A DNA stretch of 6,771 bases from Fonticula alba ATCC 38817 (taxonomy: Eukaryota > Protista > Nucleariida), in NCBI GenBank assembly GCA_000388065.2, contig KB932203.1. One strand, given 5' to 3'. Below the pieces are notes generated by a model that was not told where the DNA came from, did no database searches, and saw only the letters and a list, made by a program, of their open reading frames with translations. This document shows positions 1 through 6,378 of the stretch, one piece after another (the stretch's first letter is position 1; each line of letters opens with the position of its first letter). The position numbers and the translations under genes are program-made.

Positions 1-482
1 GGGGGGCCGCTTCCGGGAAGGAGTGAGGTTTTTTTTGCCGGCCCCTTCGCTCCCCGGAGGCGTGCTTCCCGTGCCACCCCCACTTCCCTCTTTTTTGCCC
101 TCTCCATTCTCTTCCCCCTTCCTCCCTCCTTGTTCACTCCTCCTCTTCTTGGTTCGTTGTTTTTTCTTCCCCCCCCCTCGCCTTTGCCCCTTTTCTTCCC
201 TGTCCTCCTGCTCCTGGCGGTGTCCCCAACACTGCCGTTTTTTGTGGTTTCTCCTGATGAGGCGGCGCGGTTTACCCCCGGGGCGTGCTCATGGATGCGT
301 GTTTGTGTGCTGAGAGAGAGAGCGAGAGAAAGAGAAAGAGAGTTGGTGAGACTAGGCAGCTGCGCAGTGTCGGTGGTGTGGGGGCTTGTGTGGGCGTGAT
401 TCCTACCCCGTCCTCGTTCTTCCCTCCCCCCTCCTCCTGGGAGACAGAGACCCGGGGTCCCTGTGTTTGGGTTCCCTTCTAG

Positions 483-532
483 GTGTGTGCGTGTGTGCGT
501 GTGTGCGTGTGTGCGCGTGTGTGTGTGTGTGC

Positions 533-565
<33 letters not shown>

Positions 566-569
566 TGCG
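483..569. repeat. Compound (TG)n/(CG)n microsatellite, 87 nt of strictly alternating purine-pyrimidine with a (GC)8 core
   Basis: Read directly; (GC)8 at 531-546. Confidence 0.95.
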
Positions 570-979
570 AGAGCGAGTGGTGCCTGGGGCGACTGGTCGT
601 CCCCTCTGCCCACCTCTCCCTTCTTGGCCTTCCCCCTCCTCCTCCTCCCCTTGTCGCTTTGATCCTGCGGTCACTCTCCCCCTCTGAATCTGGTACTCCC
701 AGAAGCCGGGCCCAGAGCGACCTCCAGTGTGCACGACAATATGACCGGGGGAACGACCGCGCCCACAGGGAGCACGTCGTGTGCAGATGCACGGAGGGGC
801 GGGAGACCAAGCGAGGCCGTATGCACCGCCAGCGCGCGTGGTGCTCCCACATGCATGCACATGCATAGACCCGCACACACCCACACCCGCACCCACATGC
901 GCATGGGCCGAACGCCCTGCTGCCAAGACTCGGCCATGAAGGTCGACAAGACACAAACACGCGCAATCATACACACTGA

Positions 980-1090
980 CAGAGAGAAAGAGAGAGAGAT
1001 AGAGCGAGGATTAGCTAGAAGGAGGTCCATAAAGAGAAAGGCACACACACACAGAGAGAGAGAGAGAGAGCGAGCGAGGGAGCGGGAGAG
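980..1090. repeat. (GA)n/(CA)n microsatellite cluster
   Basis: agagagaaagagagagagatagag...cacacacacacagagagagagagagagag read directly. Confidence 0.9.
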
Positions 1091-1270
1091 TCTGGACATA
1101 CGAGGCCGGGCAGGCATGTGCGAGCCCCGCAGGTGGTCGGCTTTTTCGGGCCCGAGTGTCGCCTACCGACGGCCCCTGCTGGCGGGCAACGCCCCACCCC
1201 CCTGTGAACCGCCGCCCTCCCCCTCCTCGCCCGGCGCTCCTCACTTCCCTTCTGTTCGCCTCGCCTTCCT

Positions 1271-1700
1271 GTATGTCTGCCCTCGCCCCTCCCCGCCCCT
1301 CGCCGATGGCGATCGCACTCGCCCGCTTTCCCCTCGCCCCTCCGCCGCCCTCAGCTCGCCGTCCCCACACCGTCATGGCGCGGCTGCGCTTCTTGTGGTG
1401 GCCCCTGCCCCGCCCCTTCCCCCCCCCCCCCTCCCGCCCCCGCCCGCTCTCCGCCCTCCCACCCTCCCACCCCCCCCGCACCCCCCCACGGGAAAGTCGG
1501 CGATCGCCCATCGCCGGCGGTATCCCTCCGGCGCTGCGCATCTCACACCATGCTCTCGGGGCGGGCCGGCTTTTGTCGACCGCGGTCACTGTTGGCCGGC
1601 CCGCTCTCTTTTCTGCTCCTCCCACCCCCCTGACATTGCCTCTGGCCTCCTTCTCACCGCCACCACTTCTGTTCCCCCCTCTCCCCGCCTGTCCGTCCAG
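1271..1700 (+). other. Possible 5'UTR intron of the small mitochondrial gene
   Basis: GTATGT at 1271, CTGAC at 1630-1634, an AG-free pyrimidine tract, then CCAG at 1700, 34 nt upstream of ATG 1735. The donor choice is a guess. Confidence 0.3.
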
Positions 1701-1734
1701 CTGGATAGCTGGTCTTCAGATCCCAAAGGCCACA

Positions 1735-2460
1735 ATGTTCCGCCTTTCTTCCTCAATTGTGCGTGGGTCCCCGGGCGTCGCTGCGCATGCCTACCCTTCC
1801 CTCCCCCCCCCCGCCCCTTTCCCCGTGCTATCCTTTCCTCCTCCTTTCCCGTTTGCCCCAGTTCTTCCCTCTGTCAGCTGACGATAGGCCCGCACACGCA
1901 CACGCACACGCACATGCGCTCAGGTTCGCTCTGCCACCACCGGCGCTCGCACCGTCGCCGCGGCTCGCGCCTTCAGCCAGACCACCCCCGCCTCGGCTGC
2001 CGCCGCCGTCAAGGTCCGTTATCCCCACCCTTGGTGCCCTCTCTTCGCCCCCCTCCCCCCCTTCCCCAGCCTGCTGACACAGCTCCTTCCTCCGCTTGCC
2101 TCTTCCTATCGCTTGCGCGCTCTCCCTCTCCCTCCGCCATCTCTTTGCTCCATCCCCTCATATGCGCGCGCACACACGCACACACACAGCACGTCGCCGG
2201 TGACTACAAGGTCANNNNNNNNNNNNNNNNNNNNNNNNNNNNNNNNNNNNNNNNNNNNNNNNNNNNNNNNNNNCCACAAGTACGTCCGGACGCGTCCGCC
2301 CGTCCGCCCCCCCCCCCCCCCTTCGGCCCCCCCCCCCCCCCCCCCCTTACCTCTCCCTCCCGCCGGGGTCTCGTCTCGCCTCCTGCCCCCCCCCCACCCC
2401 TTCCCCCTCGCTCTGGCTTCTCTCTGCCACATGCACAGCCAGCCAGGCGAGGCGGGATGA
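1735..2460 (+). CDS. Small mitochondrion-targeted protein, identity unknown (~75 aa if the gap length is right). join(1735..1758,1924..2013,2190..2279,~2439/2443..2460)
   Basis: ATG in ccacaATG context. GTGCGT donor 1759 pairs with CAG 1923, GTCCGT donor 2014 with CAG 2189, and there is a GTACGT donor at 2280. Phase-0 joins give MFRLSSSI|VRSATTGARTVAAARAFSQTTPASAAAAVK|HVAGDYKV..., which has 4 Arg, no acidic residue before position 43 and an R-A-F-S cleavage-like motif. Exon 2 codon usage is coding-like (gcc, acc, cgc). The 3' end is uncertain because of the N gap. Confidence 0.65.
2215..2273. other. Assembly gap (59 N); true length unknown
   Basis: Run of N in the sequence. Confidence 1.
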
Positions 2461-2654
2461 GAGATTGCTCCATCATTTCGGGGAAGCAAGCCTCGGGGCC
2501 TCATGCCGTGTGGTCTGCGGCCGGTGTTCCGATTTCTAACTCCCCTTGCCGTTTATCTGTTCAAACACTCACCGCCGGGGACTGGGACCCGCGCGTATCC
2601 ACAGCCCAGGCACATTCTCTCTCTCTCTCTCTCCCCTCGGGACCCTCTGTGAAT

Positions 2655-5600
2655 ATGTCCCCCAGTGCGTGTGCCATTCGCTCGCCAGATTGCACACGGG
2701 TGTGCCCTGACCACTGACCGACCCCCCCCCCCCCCCCTCTTTGGCGCGCGATGCCAGCCCAATACGATCGATACGTGATCTTCGGGATTCTGTCCTCGGA
2801 GTCACCCCCCGCCCTGGAGGCGGGCCAGCCGATCGTGCAGGTCTTCTGGCGCGTGTTCAACCACAAGGCCGCCACCTTCTCCGAGCCGGCCACTGTGGTT
2901 CGCCTGTCCACCGATGGCCCCCTGCTCGGCCAGGCCCTCGAGCAGTTCTCCACCGCCATGGCCAATGTCTCCGGCACCCACATTGTGGTGGTCAAGGTAC
3001 GGCCGTACGGCTGGATCCTCCCTGCGGGGGTCCATGTCACACCCACCCTCCCTCCCCCTCTCCTTCTTCCCTCCGCCCACCCCCCCCCCCCCCCCCCCCC
3101 GCCTGCTCTCGCCTGGCGGATGAACTCACGCACGTGCCCTATTCTCGTTCGCCCGCCCGCCCGCCCGCCCGCCCGCCCGTTGGCCTGTCCATGTCCCACC
3201 CAGGAGCAGTCCCACATTTCGTCCATCCTGGTTCAGGCCTGCGCCGACGCCGGGATCACCCCCCCCGGGTCCCTGTCGCAGGTGGTTTCCCTGGATGACG
3301 CGGTCTCGCGCTTCTATTCGGATGTCCCGTCGCTCGAGCCGGCGGCGGTTCTCAAGCGTGCGCTGCTCCCCCCCCTTCCCGCTCCCCCTCTCGTCCATGT
3401 GCGTGTCCGCGCCGCGACTGTCGCTGACATCCTGTCCCTCGCCCTGGTGCCCTGCTCGTGCGACTGGCGCTCCCTCCCCCCTTCCCCCCCCCCATACACA
3501 GACATGGGCATCACTGCCGAGGACGACTCCCTGCCGGCTTACCTGTCGGCCGTCATGAAGAAGCTCATCTCCAATGGTCACCATCTGAATGCCTTCAGCA
3601 CCGGCATCGCCCCCCTGGCGACGAGCACCGTGCGTATCACCTTCTCACCCCCCATGCCTTCTGCCCTCCACACCCCGACGCCCCCCCCCCCTTCTCACAC
3701 CTTCCCGCCCGGATACCGTCCTCTCCGCCGTCTGGGCTTCCCCCCTCCCCCCTTGGGATTCTGCTGCACAGGAGTCCGGCGAGGCCGACAACAGCGAGGT
3801 GGCCCCCACCTCCGACACCGCCGGGTCCCCGGTCGTTGAGACGCAGCAGGCCTCCTCGGCCCCGGCCTCGCCGAGCGCCACTGCTGCCTCCGGCACCGCG
3901 GACGCCACGTCGGCCGTCGCGACGGCGGCGGCCGACACCGCGGCCAGTGCCGACACCGCGGCCGCCACTCCTGCCGAGCCGGCCGCCGCCTCGGCCACGG
4001 CCACCACCCCGACCGAGGAGCCCAAGCCGGCGGATGCCGGAGCCGGGTCGGCGGATGCCGCGCCGCCTGGCGGCGCCGATACCGGTGCCGGCGAGCCGAC
4101 CAGCAACCTCACCGGCACCCGGGTTCTGAGCTACGAGCCGGCGGACGATACGATCATCCGCTGCCGCGGGTGTCCCTGGGGCACGACCGCCGCCGAGGCG
4201 GTGGCCTTCTTCTCGCCGCTGCGTGTGCGCCACGTGCACTTCGACCTGAACCACAACAGCGAGCCGAATGGCGAGATTTATGTGGTCTTTGCCAGCGCCG
4301 CCGACGCGCAGACCGCCATCACCAAGTACAACCACAAGACCCTCGGGTCGCGGTACATCGAGGTGTTCGCCGGGTCGGCCGCCGCGCTGACCACCTCCCG
4401 CCGGCGGAGCATGAATGTCCTGTCGGACCCGAGCCGGCCGATTTCGGTGCCCGGAACCTTCCTGGTGCACCTGCGCGGGCTGCCCTTCGACGTGACCGAG
4501 GACGATGTGGCGGAGTTCTTCACCGGCATGTCGAGCCCGGTCAGCCCGGATGATGATGTGTATATCATCCGCTATCGCAGTGGCAAGCTCACCGGCGAGG
4601 CGTACGTCCGGCTCAAGACCGAGGCCGACCAGGCCCGGGCCATGGAGAAGCAGCGCCAGAACATCGGCAGCCGGTACATCGAGCTTTTCCGGTCCTCGGA
4701 CCAGGAGCTCATCAACGCAATGCAGTCGGCCACTGATGATGGTGGATCGTGTACGTGGTGGTTGCTCCTTTGTTGTTTTTTTTTTCTCCCCTTTGCTCCC
4801 TTCTTTCCTGTCTCTCCCTCTCTCTCTGTGTGTGTTCTCTTCTCGGTTCCCCTCCCCCCTCTCCTCCTCCTTCTAACTTGGACATCTCCCGCATCCCCCC
4901 TCCCCCCTCCTCCTCCCCCCCCCCCCTCTGGCGCACCTCCTTGTATCGAGCAGACGGTGGCGATTTCGGTGGACGCGGTGGGCGCGGTGGGCGCGGCCCG
5001 GGTGGCCCGGGCGGGCGCGGCGGCTTCCGCGGTGGGCGCGGCGGGCGCGGCGACTACGGCTACGATCGCGACGACTGGGACCGCAGCGGTGGCTGGGGCG
5101 GCGCCCCGGGCGGTGGGTATGACCGTGGTGGCTACGGTGGCGGCCCTGGCGGCGGGTATGATCGCGGCGGCTATGGCGGCGGCCCTGGCGGCGGGTATGA
5201 TCGCGGCGGCTACGGTGGCGGCCATGGTGGCTATGGCGGTGGCGGCTACGGCGGCGGCGGCTATGGCGGTGGTGGCTATGGTGGCGGCCCGGGTGGTGGC
5301 TATGGTGGTGGTTATGGCGGCGGCCCGGGCGGCGGCGGCGGCTACGGCTATGGCGCCGGCGGCTATGACCGCAGTGGCCCTGGCGGTGGCTATGACCGTG
5401 GCGGCTATGACCGTGGCGCCGGCGGCGGTGGCGCCGGCGGGGCTTATGATGCCCCCGATGCCGGGTATGGGCGTGGCATGCACCATGGCGGTCCGCCGCC
5501 TGGCGGCCCAGCCGACTACTATGGCGGTGGCGGCCCGCGCCATGGCCGTGACCAGGACCGTGAGTATGACCGCACGCGCGACCGGTATGCCCTGCCGGTG

Positions 5601-6215
5601 GGTGGCCCTCCCCCGCCGCTGCCGGGGGCGCACCATGGCGGCCCGCCACCCTCGATGCCCCCCAGCGGCGGTTACCAGCAGCAGCAGCAGCAGCCGCCGC
5701 CGCATGCGCATGGCGCGGCCCCGGCGGCTCCGCCGCCGTCTGGTGGGCCTTCCGCCTCTTCCGGCGGGTCGGACGCCTTCCTCCGCCTGCGGGGGCTGCC
5801 CTTCGTGTCGACCCCTCAGGACATTGTCACCTTCTTTGCGGAGAATTCCAACGTCACCCCCAAGGGCATCCAGATGCTGAGCAGCATGCACACCAATGGC
5901 AGCTACCGGCCCAATGGCGAGGCGCTGGTCCAGCTGTCCTCGGTGGATGAGCTCCAGCGTGGCATGACCTGCCACCGGCGGATTCTCGGCTCGCGCTGGA
6001 TCGACGTGACGCCCATCTCCTCGGAGGAGGTCATCCAGATCATCAGCAAGCAGCCTGGCGCCGGGGGCGGTGCCCCGGCCCCGGGGCCGGGCGGCCCGGG
6101 CGGCGGCGGCGCCGACTCCTCCTACGCCGCCTCTTCGGCTGGCCACCCGGGCAGCGGGTCTGCGGTTGGCTACGATCCGGCGGCCTACCCCGGTGGCTAC
6201 TATGGAGCCCATTGA
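2655..6215 (+). CDS. ESRP: ESRP/Fusilli-like RNA-binding protein (hnRNP F/H superfamily): inactive DEDDh-like domain + 3 qRRMs; 6 exons, 923 aa. join(2655..2664,2758..2996,3204..3357,3502..3629,3772..4750,4954..6215)
   Basis: All five introns are GT..CAG (donors GTGCGT, GTACGG, GTGCGC, GTGCGT, GTACGT) and carry C-rich tracts and CTRAC/CTCAC branch-like motifs. Exon phases join consistently (1,0,1,0,1) to 2772 nt ending at TGA 6213-6215. There are three qRRMs with RG(L/C)P(W/F), (N/T)GE and R(Y/W)I(E/D) motifs. The N-terminus MSPTQYDRYVIFGIL..VFWRVFN..LGQALEQF resembles the ESRP N-terminal domain as I recall it. qRRM family assignment is high confidence; specific ESRP orthology is moderate. 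Confidence 0.85.
2758..3590 (+). other. N-terminal DEDDh/DnaQ-like pseudo-exonuclease domain of ESRP type (exons 2-4)
   Basis: Spliced blocks YVIFGILS / IVQVFWRVFN / LGQALEQFST / HISSILVQAC / VMKKLISNGHHL are colinear with recalled human ESRP1 blocks LVVLFGIT / LILLFWKVVD / LDQALRQFNQ / HVRQILHPEA / IILAMISEPYNHRF. There is no D-x-E in the first strand. The comparison is from memory and was not computed. Confidence 0.6.
3772..4125 (+). other. Acidic Ala/Thr/Pro/Ser-rich disordered linker between the N-terminal domain and qRRM1
   Basis: Translation ESGEADNSEVAPTSDTAGSPVVETQQASSAPASPSATAASG...TPTEEPKPADAGAGSADAAPPGGADTGAGEPTS. Confidence 0.8.
4147..4371 (+). other. quasi-RRM 1
   Basis: DTIIRCRGCPWGTT...FFSPL...LNHNSEPNGEIYVVF...KYNHKTLGSRYIEVFA has the hnRNP F/H/ESRP/GRSF1 qRRM motifs. 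Confidence 0.9.
4459..4698 (+). other. quasi-RRM 2
   Basis: FLVHLRGLPFDVTEDDVAEFF...YRSGKLTGEAYVRL...AMEKQRQNIGSRYIELFRSS is a canonical qRRM. Confidence 0.95.
4954..5600 (+). other. RGG and Gly/Tyr/Arg-rich low-complexity region (GYR-like)
   Basis: GGRGGRGGRG...FRGGRGGRGDYGYDRDDWDR followed by many GGY and YDRGG repeats. Confidence 0.9.
5106..5222 (+). repeat. Coding tandem repeat, 3 x 39 nt, encoding (PGGGYDRGGYGGG)3
   Basis: Units start at 5106, 5145 and 5184. The peptides are identical and the DNA has synonymous differences. Confidence 0.9.
5676..5693 (+). repeat. (CAG)6 polyglutamine tract
   Basis: Read directly and in frame (YQQQQQQPPP). Confidence 0.95.
5775..6020 (+). other. quasi-RRM 3 (divergent)
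   Basis: AFLRLRGLPFVSTPQDIVTFF...RPNGEALVQL...CHRRILGSRWIDVTPIS. Confidence 0.9.
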
Positions 6216-6258
6216 GAGGGAGAGAGAGAGACGGAGAGGGAGAGCGCGCGCGCGCGCG
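6216..6258. repeat. (GA)n plus (GC)7 microsatellite directly after the stop codon
   Basis: gagggagagagagagacggagagggagagcgcgcgcgcgcgcg read directly. Confidence 0.9.
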
Positions 6259-6323
6259 AGCCGGATGCACAGCGCCGGAGGGCCAGATGGCGGACAGACG
6301 CGAGGAAGAGGGGGCCGCCGAGC

Positions 6324-6378
6324 GCCCCTCCTCGGTCTGCCCCTCCTTGGTCTGCCCCTCCTCGGTCTGCCCCTCCTC
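6324..6378 (+). repeat. 15-bp minisatellite (GCCCCTCCTYGGTCT) x ~3.7 in the probable 3'UTR
   Basis: Units at 6324, 6339 and 6354, a partial unit at 6369, and a further CCCCTCCTCGG at 6390-6400. Confidence 0.9.

Noticed and set aside
3-26. Possible end of an upstream CDS (GAASGKE-TGA)
   Set aside because: Only 7 codons at the window edge, and it overlaps a GTGAG donor-like site; it cannot be supported from this window.
249-319. Box C/D snoRNA-like layout: TGATGA 255-260, CTGA 310-313, flanking TTCTC/GAGAG
   Set aside because: The terminal stem comes from a (GA)n microsatellite, the box D guide is TG-repeat-like, and I recognise no rRNA/snRNA complementarity. snoscan against the organism's rRNA would settle it.
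2190-2214. GDYKV as the N-terminus of adenosylhomocysteinase (YKVADI) or part of COX6A
   Set aside because: The match is only 3-4 residues, there is no room for the rest of the protein unless the gap is far larger than 59 nt, and no downstream exons match.
729-2717. 662-aa ORF in the track
   Set aside because: It runs through microsatellites, poly-C introns and the N gap, giving low-complexity translations (HTHT, ERER, PPPP). It is an artefact of stop-poor GC-rich DNA.
5106-5450. Regularly spaced repeats that might suggest a CRISPR array or mobile element
   Set aside because: They are in-frame Gly/Tyr coding repeats with synonymous variation and no unique spacers. No cas, transposase, TIR or LTR signal is present.
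4572-6212. 546-aa and 258-aa antisense ORFs over exon 6
   Set aside because: They mirror the GGC/GGT-rich sense codons, have no domain motifs and lack minus-strand splice signals.
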